DNA from: Catajapyx aquilonaris
Lineage: Eukaryota
Direction of reading: 5' to 3'
DNA: 20,000 nt
Assembly: GCA_000934665.2 (NCBI GenBank)
Contig: KZ538490.1
Span: 115,943 to 135,942, forward strand
The notes under the pieces were generated by a model that was not told the origin of the DNA, ran no database searches, and saw only the letters and a program-made list of their open reading frames with translations. Positions within the stretch are counted from its first letter, which is position 1. Each line of letters opens with the position of its first letter. Below are positions 1-10,420 of this stretch, one piece after another. Both the position numbers and the translations under genes were made by a program.

Positions 1-479
1 TCCAATCATTGAGTGCGTTGGATCGTAAACTTGAAGTCTGCGTATTGTCATATGGACTTGAGCGTTTTAAAAATATTAATCGGGTCACGTGATTGACAAC
101 CCTCTGCAACAAGTTGTCAAATAACTCTTCCAGTTTAACATTATGATTTGAACAAGATATTGGCTCTGATATTACGATATGGCAGCCGATCGATGAATTT
201 ATAACGTGTCTGTCGCACATGGCAGAACATGTGCTACCACGTGACGTCATCGATATGATTCTTTTGTACGATCAAGCTGTGATTGTGACAGGCTCGGTTT
301 CTGTCAAGTATTTAACTGACCGTTAGCGACGAACCTTGGAATCTAACGTCAACTAGTAAACACCGCTCAAGTCCAAATGGGACGTGAATTTCAAGCGTTT
401 CTGACTTCAGGCATTCAATATTTTTTTTGATTTTCTAATTATTTTGCCGTGCACTATATGATTTTGACGAAGACGCTTT

Positions 480-1640
480 ATCTAGGTAGGTGATTTCAGT
501 TCATTTCTTCTCTGTGGAAACCGGGGGAAGCCAAAACCTGGATCCGCCCTGGTATTAAAAACCCCCCCCATGGTTTTTAACTCGAATCACACCCACCTTC
601 CTGCTATTAATTCGCACATTTTAATTTCCTAAATTCTTTCCGTTCATATTCTTCGTCTGGTGTGTGGAGGCCATATTATTATTACTATTCTCCCAGCTCA
701 TCCGTTAGTCAATCCATCACTATATATATACTCCCCCCCCCCCCACAACCCAGCCCCAGAATTATGGATGGTAGCCTACCGTGTTCCTGTCGTGTTTTTG
801 CGAGGCTCGTCACATTAACGAGGAGGCTTACAGTTATAATCCCCGGCGAAATTGTTTTGCACCTTGCCACAAGCACGGGTTACCGAGGACAAAAATCAAC
901 CATAATTTTGGGTTGGGTGCGGGGAGGGTTATTCTGCGTATGTGTGTGTGTTCTGGGGTGGGCTAATCTTTTCATTTGACTTTCTAAATCGAATTCAGAA
1001 ATGCTGGGACCGGAGGTTAAAATAACCTTTTTGCTGGCCAACCGATCGGATTTTTTTATTTTTTTAAAGCGAGAGGACCGATTTTTTTTTTGGTGCGATT
1101 TTTTAAAAAGCGATGATTCCAAAGGGACGTGAAAAGTTGTTGGTTGTCCAATTAGGCGTGGATGGGCTGGGAATTTGTCCCGCCCACGCTTTTTTTTGGG
1201 GGGGGGGGGGGNATATCTTCCCCTCACTCCCTAAATTTCAACGAGATTGATTCAGAGGGATGGTAGCAAGTGTGGGAGATTGAAATATATAATAAAAAAA
1301 ACACGAGAGGGGGCGATCGGAGAGGAGCCAACTGGGGACCATGTGTGGTAATAACATGTTCAGTGTGTTAGTATGACGCCCTTGACGGACCCCAGGAATG
1401 TTTGGGGAAAAAAGAGGGGCGGCTGTTTTTTTTGTGGAGGGGGCGTCAATGAACTTACGTGATCGACCCGGCAGCTTTCTGGGAAAAGTGCGGGTCAAGA
1501 TTACGAGTATTCGATTCTCTAGTATACTGCACCCACCGGATGTCATCAATAATAGAGACACTCGCGATCTAGGGGGAGGCTAAGCGGTTTCTTTGCTATT
1601 TTTTTAGCGATGAAGCAGGCGATGGTTGAGGTTGGCCGGT
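480..1640. other. Probable low-quality sequence flanking an assembly gap (single N at 1212)
   Basis: N at 1212 directly preceded by long T and G homopolymer runs; both sides are dense in inflated homopolymers, as in degraded read ends. Boundaries approximate. Confidence 0.6.
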
Positions 1641-2010
1641 TTTTGAAGGGTTTATTCAGTTGCGAGGAAAAGGTAATCCTGCATTGTAGGCAACCCAAGG
1701 GCATCTCTTGTCTCACCGGTTGCATAAGTGGCAGGGGCAACACCTGAGGGAGGTGGATGAAGTTGTGGATTGTTTTCTCCCAGCAACCCACTGGAAGTCA
1801 TGGCCATGTTAATTGGTGGTGATCGTTGCTTCTTGTTAGGCTGGTTGCTGAGGTAAACAATCTATAATTTCTGCTCCCTGGCCTTGGGTAGTGCACTTGT
1901 ATTGTGCCACTAGTAGTGATGTGTCCTTGGTATCGAAACAGGGGGAATTGGGCATATGCAGAATGCCATAGTCATACTCATCAGGAGTGAAAACTATGAC
2001 TCTGAATTAA

Positions 2011-2293
2011 CCTTGGAACAGTGGCGTGACTGAAAGTTACGGCAACCGTGACGTGGGGTCTTTAAGGACCCCATCCATATTTTAATTTTTATTGATTTTT
2101 ATATAATACTTTTCAATGTACTGACTATATGCAATCATTCTTTGAACAATGCCTAAAATGATCGCTAATTGAATATAAACATCCACTTCCTGTTATATAC
2201 TTTTAAAAATTGGCTAAAGTTCATTGTAATTATCATTTTAATGCATTTTAATTCCTTTGGGGTCCTAAAAGACCCCACGGCACGATTCCAGGG
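2011..2293. mobile_element. piggyBac-like non-autonomous element (MITE) with TTAA target-site duplication
   Basis: TTAA at 2007-2010 and 2294-2297. Left end CCTTGGAA..CCGTGACGTGGGGTCTTTAAGGACCCC matches the reverse complement of the right end, CCCTGGAATCGTGCCGTGGGGTCTTTTAGGACCCC. AT-rich non-coding interior. CC...GG termini plus TTAA are piggyBac hallmarks. Confidence 0.85.
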
Positions 2294-3317
2294 TTAAACA
2301 ATGAGCATGCTTGAATGATGACAATTTTTGTACTACTGCAGAGTGTTACTCATGACTAATAGACATCATAGAAAGATTTCGCTAATCCCTGTATGCAATT
2401 CAGCTAGGAGAGTGTAGTAAAAGTTGACGTACCGAAAGTTATTATGACAGTGGTGCCAGTGATTGCACAAAATCTCTTAGATTACAATTGAAGCAACCGT
2501 AAGATTGCAACTTCTTGCCATTTGATATCACAAATAATCATCCAATTATAAATTGTATGCTGAATCACATCTTGAAAGGTGGTCATGCGTGATATGAAAG
2601 TATTGACCCAGAATATAAAAATCTATCACAAGATACATGCATGCATAAATTAAAAGTGCAAGTGAATATTTGAGGACTAGGAAAATTACTAAAGATAATA
2701 TAAACATTGCATCTGACACCTGCCGCAATGCAAGGAATGTGTTCTCTGCAACATGGGTAAACATGCAAATTGCATGCTGTCACATTGCATAAGAGGACAG
2801 CATAAAAGATGAGGTTGTAAGAATACTGTACAGTACCTAGAAGGCAAGTGCAGAGGCATATAATTTATGTGCAGCATTTCCTTTCATTTGTCCTCGGTCT
2901 AACACCTGCATAAAGTAGTTATAAATAGGAACGTGTGGTATTAAAATTCCACAGCAAGTTGGCGGGAAGTAATCCTTTCATACAGTCTTGAATACTTCCA
3001 ACATTTCCATGCCCAATGCTTCCCAATGCTACGTATGCAAAATTTTACTGAGTAAGGATGGTTGATTAGTACATTATTGGCTTGGAAAGAATTTAAACCT
3101 TATTTGTGTAGTGGCGGAACTCTATTCTGCCATAACTGTTACGTAATGAGACTTTAGGCCATTATATGCATAGGTCAAATGGAAATAGATAACGTCAATA
3201 TGAATAATGGTTGCAGTGTAAGAAATCCCTAAGCTATGCTGGATTTTCTTGGAGTGAAATTACATTTGCTGTCATTTTTGTCAAGTCTGTAGTCCTGCGC
3301 TATGTCTGACCAACTTA

Positions 3318-3448
3318 GGGCCAATTCACATGGCCACTTCTTTTTCCTAAGAGAAGCTTTAGTATGACCATTCTTTATTGTTATTTAATATTAAATGGAG
3401 TTTCTAAAGCCTCCATTAGGAAAAAAAAGTGGCAGTATAAAAGGGCTG
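3318..3448. mobile_element. Palindromic (hairpin) MITE, PIF/Harbinger/Tourist-like
   Basis: Arms 3333-3362 and 3404-3433 are 26/30 reverse-complementary; outer arms are more degenerate; flanked by TTA (3315-3317) and TAA (3449-3451). Superfamily assignment is inferred from the TWA flanks. Confidence 0.65.
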
Positions 3449-3887
3449 TAACAGGACAGGATAGTGTATATTCATATTTAAATGCGAATATATTTAGAGA
3501 AGCTGCTTGCCGTATGGATAACTCATGCTAGTAATTGCTAGATGGTCAGTTTAAAAAATATATCCTCGTACTAACTTCAAGATTGTAGGTTTGCTCCTGT
3601 GCAAAGTAGATACATGAGTGTGATTCCTGTTTCACAATTTATATGTTTAAAAATACCAGTATTTATTTATTTTTCTAATACCTTTCAACCACATTGTCGC
3701 TTTGCAAGTAGCAGTTGTAGTATTGGATAACATGGAATATACAAATATTAACTGAGATTGTACAGAAGTAGCTTCTTGTCAGTAGTGAGAGGCTAAACAC
3801 CATTGTTAAATAGCAGACACTGTTTCTTCCCTCACTGACTTTTTTTCCAATTCCCCCTTGTACTCATGACCACCTTCTTCCTCGCAG

Positions 3888-4259
3888 GAGACGAAGCGGC
3901 CATCGAAAGAGATGCAGGTGACCATTGCCCGCCAGCTGGGCCTGGAACCCACCACAGTGGGCAACTTCTTCATGAACGCCCGGCGGCGGTCAATGGACAA
4001 ATGGAAAGACGAGGTGGAGAGTCCCGGCAAGAGCACCCCAACACCATCAAGCGGAGCCCCAGCAACCCCAACCACCCCCACCCCAGCACCCCAGACCCCA
4101 TCCACGGTGGTCACCCAGGTGGTCACGCAGGTGGTCACCCAGGTGAGCCCAGTGGTGGCCCACGCCCATCCTCAGCAGCAACAGCAGCACCAGCAACACC
4201 AACAGCAACACCAGCAGGTTGTGGCTCAGCCCCAGGTGCACACCACAGACGCGTTGTGA
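3888..4259 (+). CDS. onecut: ONECUT (HNF6-family) CUT-homeobox transcription factor, terminal coding exon (C-terminal part of the homeodomain plus a low-complexity tail)
   Basis: Pyrimidine tract and CAG acceptor ending at 3887, then ETKRPSKEMQVTIARQLGLEPTTVGNFFMNARRRSMDKW, with the ONECUT-diagnostic F48/M50 (NFFMNARRR) in helix 3; followed by a P/T-rich, VVTQ-repeat, poly-Q/H tail; TGA at 4257-4259. Upstream exons (CUT domain) were not found in the window. Confidence 0.95.
   Translation, partial: ETKRPSKEMQVTIARQLGLEPTTVGNFFMNARRRSMDKWKDEVESPGKSTPTPSSGAPATPTTPTPAPQTPSTVVTQVVTQVVTQVSPVVAHAHPQQQQQHQQHQQQHQQVVAQPQVHTTDAL
4107..4142 (+). repeat. 12-bp coding tandem repeat x3 (VVTQ)
   Basis: GTGGTCACCCAG GTGGTCACGCAG GTGGTCACCCAG. 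Confidence 0.9.
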
Positions 4260-4367
4260 CGCTATGCCACATTCGCCCCTCCGCACCCCCCGGCCCCCCC
4301 ACCCCCTCCGCACCCATCAGCCCCTCTGGACCAGTATGCTGCAAACAGCTACTTGGTCTTGAACTGA
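4260..4367 (+). CDS. Candidate stop-codon readthrough extension of ONECUT (35 aa)
   Basis: In frame after UGA-C: RYATFAPPHPPAPPPPPHPSAPLDQYAANSYLVLN, then TGA at 4365-4367; CCN codon periodicity; composition switches to A-rich immediately after the second stop. Confidence 0.6.
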   Translation, partial: RYATFAPPHPPAPPPPPHPSAPLDQYAANSYLVLN

Positions 4368-5030
4368 TCAAAAAAATACAAAAAAACACAAAAAAATTTC
4401 ACCACCAGAGCCCCAGGTTAACGAGGAAGGACCTCCCTCTTGGTTGTCTTAAGTGTCATTCTCGTGATCATCCCGTGCTGATTGTTGAAAGAGAGAGTGA
4501 GAGAGAGAGCGATAGAGAGGGAGAGTCTACCGATACCACAAACAATCTCTGATTGTTGATGAAAAGCAATTTTGGTTGGTGAGGGACCACCGTCGAGTGG
4601 GTGCATTTATGCAAGCAAGGCATCGTTGAGATTAGGGTGGCAGGTACTGGATAGCTACATCAACACCAGAGAGTCATATGCAAAAGTGACGAGGAGCAGT
4701 GGAAGGAATAAAAGTTTAAATAAATGAGAGAGAACAAGAGCAGGGTGGGTGGGTACTGACAAAGAACTAAACACGTGAGAACATTTCCCTTATTTATTTT
4801 CACAGAGGCACGTGAAAGAGTGGCAGTCATTCTCATCTCAGGGGGTATCCGTGTGAAGAAAGGGCGTGATACGTACTTAAAATGTATACATAAGCAATCA
4901 TATTCAACAGCCACAAGGAAGCACAGAGGGTTCAGTCGCTGGATATGCAAGGTGCAAGCAAAATGCACCATGTCTGATATTGTATGTCACCTCTGAAGCG
5001 GACCATTGTAATTGCACATGAATGATATTC

Positions 5031-5050
5031 ACCAAAGTTGTCACCAAAGA
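5031..5050 (+). promoter_or_regulatory. Tandem miR-9 seed-match sites
   Basis: ACCAAAG (7mer-m8, 5031-5037) and ACCAAAGA (8mer, 5043-5050), complementary to the miR-9 seed CUUUGGU. Confidence 0.6.
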
Positions 5051-6430
5051 CCTGCTTAGAGTGGGCACTTTGATACGATCCGGAGCACTTTGCTTCCACC
5101 TTGCAATGCCTGCTGTCTGGTGAATGGATGTAGCACTAACGGGTTCTTTCTATTGGCCAAGGCATAGTTGCGACAATGACGAGGGAAGACAGAGTGAAAA
5201 TAAATTCTGGGGGTAATGCGTAAACCCACCCACAATGCTCTGAATATTATCCGACCATATTTTCGAAGATAATCCCTTTTCTTGTACTATAATAATGACA
5301 ACGTGCTATTTTCTTTCCTCTGCATCGACAATACACCCTGGAACGGTGTAGATTGTACTATTCAAAGAGTGTGGTCTAGCACCTTTCCTTCCTCCCCCCT
5401 TTCCCCCCATCCCTCATACCCTGTATTCACCCCGACCCTTACACATCTCCCATTATATGAAAAAAACCTCACACCTTCATAGTGTTAGCAGTGTAAATGC
5501 AACAAGAGTAGGGGGAATGCCTGAGATTAACATTTCCTTTCTGAAACTTGCAAAGAGGGGACAACTTTGTACATAGGCTGCATCCAATTCCGAGAAGCAG
5601 GTTATAGTCGCTTTCTGAGTTATATTTGCAAGAAAACGTTTATATATAAAAAAAAGAAAGAGAGAGGAACCACACGAGTCTACTCACTGCTCTTGCAATT
5701 TTGCTGTTTGTTTACACTCTCAACCAATAACGTATGATTAGGTAGGGAGACACCGTGTTTAATTTTGCACCTGAACTGGTCAGGGCGAGGGATAGGCGTC
5801 ATTTATTTATTTCGATTGTCTCTTTTTTATTTTTTTGAAAATAAGGGGCACACCTTCAGACAACTGGCTGTGATTAAACTGGTCATCAGTGTACTGTATT
5901 AATTGGTTGTAATTGGTGGATGATTACATTCCAAAAAGAAAGAGGAGGCAATGGGAGGAGGTGAGGGGAATGGGGCAAGGTCAAACATAAATTATGAACC
6001 AAAAAAAAAGCAGGGGTCACCCAATCAATATAGTAATGGCTTTGCTGCGATGGGTCGAGTGAAGATATTTGACCTACGATTTAAAATACCATTTCTAGTC
6101 ATTCTTTGTTGTGAAATACATCGTACCTAATTATTTATTTTCTTCCTTTTGTTTTACATCTATTTTTACTATTATTTTATGTTTTGTTGTTTTATGTTTG
6201 TTATGTTGTTTCTTTTTTCCCGTTTTTTTTTAGATGCCTCTATGCTTAGTGTTGAGAAAAAGGAGGAAAAGGAAGACCAGAAGAAAAATAGGCTAAAATG
6301 TAATTGCCGTTTCTTCTTGAAGACCCAAGTACCTGACCTCATATATGAGCAAATACTAAAAGACAGAGAGAACCTCGTAACATGAAGGTATGTAGTGTGT
6401 CCTCACACTGCATGGGATTCATCTAACAGT

Positions 6431-6497
6431 CACATGTAATTATTACTTCACTTAACAATTCCATACACATGTAATAATAACTTCACTTAACAATTCC
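6431..6497. repeat. 35-bp tandem duplication (about 2 copies)
   Basis: CACATGTAATTATTACTTCACTTAACAATTCC-ATA followed by CACATGTAATAATAACTTCACTTAACAATTCC. Confidence 0.9.
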
Positions 6498-8124
6498 TTT
6501 GTCTGTATATCATTTTGTTCAATACATGTGGGTCAAAGGTCATCATAAATGGAGCCAGTGTCGTTGAAGCCATTGCTTATTACTCCCCCTACATCCAGAC
6601 CCGTAACCTTACCGTACGCTAAATTAACGGACTGATTGACAGGGCAATCAGGAAAGGCAAGGATATCACGAAGTAATTAGTTTGCTTTTGTTTTGCCTGA
6701 TTGCACTTAAGTTTTGTCCACAATGTTTGGTGCGTTTTGTGCTAACCTCCTGTTGGAATACATGTGCGTCAAAGAAGGGGTGCCACGATTCTGTAACTTA
6801 GTCACTTGTTGGGTGGCATGGTTTTTGCTGCTTCTACTGTAATTTATTTGTGCGGCCAAATTTATTTTGGTCCTAGTCATAAAATTAACTAAAAAAGTAG
6901 ATGGAGGTGATGGCAGATAAGTTATTTGTGTGCACGTGGTTTTTTAAAAAACAAAGGTTCACCCATTGATCTCTACCATTGCATTCCAGCCTAATTTATT
7001 ACACATGAATGTTAAAATTTAATGTACATAATTTCATCATCATATTTATTTGTAACTTATTTTACTGTGCGCAACCCCCATGAACTGTACAAAAAATATG
7101 TTGTCATTAATTTATGGGTTCACGATTGATCTGATCATGAGTCCGAGTCTATTTATGCAAAAACCTTTTATGTCTTTGGTTCGCGAAATGTGGCGTGAGA
7201 GGGGACAAGAATCAAAACAATCATTTCGATGTTTATGTTTTTCTGTGCATATGTTTGGTGCAAAATTTTAGCCAAATGGTGAGTGTCCTATGCATTACGG
7301 CATCTCCTTATTTTTAAAACCCCCTTTTTAGGCAAGATTATTGTTTAATGACCGTTCCTTGTTCCTTCCATCTTTCTAAGGATGCAGGCTCTTCAACTAT
7401 GCACGTTTACTTTTAGTCACAATTGTTTGTCGTAGGATCTGGATAAGGATTGTGTGATGTTATTATTGCCTCGGAAGCATTCCAGTTGCTGATACCTTGC
7501 ACAGTTTGCTTTCATTAGTCCTTTCTGTCTCTGTCTCTCTCTATTCCTTCCTCACACATTACTCACACCATCTCTGTACCCATCATCATTATTTTTATTA
7601 CGACCACAAAGAGTAACTATGGGGAGGGGTGGGAGTGCTGGGAAGTCAAGTGGAAAAAAAAGTAATATATTATTATCGGGCACTTTCTCTTCTTTTCAAT
7701 AGCAAGCTGTCTAACATTTTATTTGTTGCTAGTATGTAAAAGCATACCCCCCTTCAGTAAAAAAAAATGCAGTTGCCTGTGGCCTAGTCACCTGGTAGAT
7801 ATGCACAGAATTTTTACATTTTTATAGAAGTCTGGTTAGTTCATTTGTAGTCCTAGCAGAGAAACAGTGTCCCTTCTTTTTCTACTTAATAATCAATGTA
7901 CAATGAGCTCAATGTTAGGTTTAGAAGCGATTGAAAATGGAAGTCATGCCCCTCCCCGCTCCACCCCAATTTACATTAAACTTCCCCCCCACACCACCCC
8001 CTCAAAACCTGCCCCAACAATCACATTAACTTAAGTTGTTCATGTACTTGTGTTTTTCAAAGGCACTGTTACGTGTCGGGTGTGTCCCCACTCCACCAGT
8101 CTCGTTAGAATGGTGATTATTGGT

Positions 8125-8150
8125 GATGATGATGATGATGATGATGATGA
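8125..8150. repeat. (GAT)8 microsatellite
   Basis: Read directly from the sequence. Confidence 0.95.
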
Positions 8151-9884
8151 AAACAATGGTGGTGGTTATTCTGGTCATGGAAGGAAAAAAAACAACAACA
8201 GTATATATAATAATATAATGTCGCCCTTCTCTCCCACACATACACATATTTGTATAAAAATAATGACACTTAGGATGAAGGAATGAAGAGAGAGTGCGAG
8301 AGAGAGAAAGAGCGTGCGTGTGAGAGAGAGAGTTGTTTCTTTATCATGAGAACTCTATGGAATGAACGAGAGAAGGGCACAAGTCACTCAGTTTTTAGTC
8401 GTCTTGTACAATATCTTAAGAGGGAATCGTGTGTTGATTCAGATTTTAGTCTCACAAAAACCCTACTGAGTGCACAAAATGTACAAATGGTTCCTAGAAT
8501 GGGAAACATCTGAAGAGCTGTAACTTTTTTTTTTTCTCCCCCTTCGATGATACTCAGCGAGGTGGAAAGATTGGCTTAACGTAGCCCTGTGCCCCCCAGA
8601 TTAATCCCTTGACCCTTGACCTTCTGTGAAGATGGACCCCTCCCCCCTTGCTCCCTGCCCCAAACCCAAGTGAGGACATAAGTGTTGTATATAAGCCTGT
8701 AGGGAAAGTCTGGTTTCGATGACAAATAATAAATAAATGTACAAAGTAAGATACTTAAGGAACTGCCCAGTTGAAGTCACAAAGGCAACTTTTGAACCTC
8801 TTCAGATATTTCCTGTTTCTTTTTCGCGTGTGTATCGTGCAATAACACTTTTTGTGTGTGGAGTGTATCTTGATGACATATCATGTGTAAGTTATATATG
8901 TTTTCATGCAGGTACAGCCATTTTTTTTCTTTCTTTTTTTATCTTGGACCATTTTAGTTCTGAAGCTAAAAAGAATTGTAATGTGTGAAAAATTAAGAGC
9001 TTTATTATTGTCCACAAAAAAAAAAATTGTCGAAATTTGACAAGTGCTCTAAAGTGCATATTGCATTTTAGAAGGGGAGATTCAATTGACACGTGGGGAG
9101 TGAGTAGTATGACGAAGAACCTTGTACAGATGACCAATGTCCAGTGGTACCAAACACGGTAACAAGGTCTCACAGCGACACATAATAATTATCCCTGCTA
9201 GAGACGCCCAAAAATATAACAACAACAATGTATCATTGAAAAGAAGACGTAATATTATGCTCTTTTTTGCCCCCTGATTTTTGGGGGTGTAAAAATAATT
9301 TATTGCAGACACACTGTGGGAAAAAGTTTACACGAAAAATAAGGAGTTTAAAAAAAAGAATAATCATATGGCTCTTTGTTGCTGGGAGAGAAGGGGGGAA
9401 AAAAGAAGAGGGAAAAATATTGGACTCTACGTTTTCAAGGTTATCAAATCCGTAGTTTTGCAAGAGTAATCTTACACTTTTAGACCCTTGTAGGTATATC
9501 AGTCACATTGTGCAATAGTGAATTTGTGTGTGCTGTCTTCTCCGCCATAGTGCCCTTTTTCTGAGGTGATTGATGATGATGCACCGCGGCACTTCTTCTC
9601 GAAGGTAGTTACGTACTGTTTTAAAAAAAATATGAAAACATAAAAACAGCCCTGCCAGTCACCTCCTGAAGACATTTTATGTGTACTGGACTCCTTGTCA
9701 AAAGGGAAGATGTGCCGTATAAATATATATTGAAAAAAATAAAAGAGATAAGGAGACAAACAAAAACAAGTACACCACATTTCCAACGGCCAAGATATAC
9801 GTGGCACGTGTTTTGCACCATGTTTGTGCCGTACAATACAGTATTATAGGTTTGGTCTGTCAGCATCTCCCAAATGAACATATA

Positions 9885-9905
9885 ACACACACACACACAC
9901 ACACA
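9885..9905. repeat. (AC)10 microsatellite
   Basis: Read directly from the sequence. Confidence 0.95.
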
Positions 9906-10414
9906 ACATCAACAACATCAACAATAAGAAAGAAAAATTGATGGGGATTAAATAGTGTGGAGGTAACTTGATCCAGAGAGTATCATTATCGGACAGTTTC
10001 AAACGCTTTATATTTTTCAGTAAAGGACAGCAACCCGTTTGGTTTGCTTTCTGGTTTTGGTCCATTCCACTTTGGTCCGCAAACTTGCATCATAGACTAT
10101 ATTGTAACATACTTTGCTGTGAAACGGAATAGAAACCAAGACAGTAAAGAAATAAAAATGGAGGTTGTCCCTTCACTTATTTCTCCTTCACATTCTTTTC
10201 GCTCCCCTTGCTCCCCCATCCCCATCACTAAATGTCTACCCGAAGCTGTTCTGCCGCTAACGGATCTGGATGTGGTGTCATGTGAACTAACGTGGGCGTT
10301 ATGCTGCATCTGAAAAGTAGTCAGAGTCACTAACATTTTGGTCTGGTTTCTTGGAGCATGTGTATTGTACTGTCACTCCTGGAAAAAACTTGCCACGCAT
10401 GACATAATTCATAA

Positions 10415-10420
10415 AATAAA
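10415..10420 (+). terminator. Candidate distal polyadenylation signal of onecut
   Basis: AATAAA at the point where the UTR-like sequence character ends; more proximal AATAAA hexamers also exist (e.g. 4707, 8728, 10151). Confidence 0.45.

Noticed and set aside
662..1583. Several ORFs of 60-115 aa
   Set aside because: Lie in low-quality homopolymer-rich sequence, one spans the N; no recognisable domains.
3866..4552. 228-aa ORF overlapping the onecut exon in another frame (and antisense ORFs 3806-4389)
   Set aside because: Starts inside the intron polypyrimidine tract; shadow of GC-rich low-complexity coding sequence; the homeodomain is in the 3888 frame.
6636..6710. Hairpin considered as a SECIS that would recode the onecut UGA as selenocysteine
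   Set aside because: No AUGA/GA non-Watson-Crick quartet at the stem base; the stem is plain Watson-Crick pairing.
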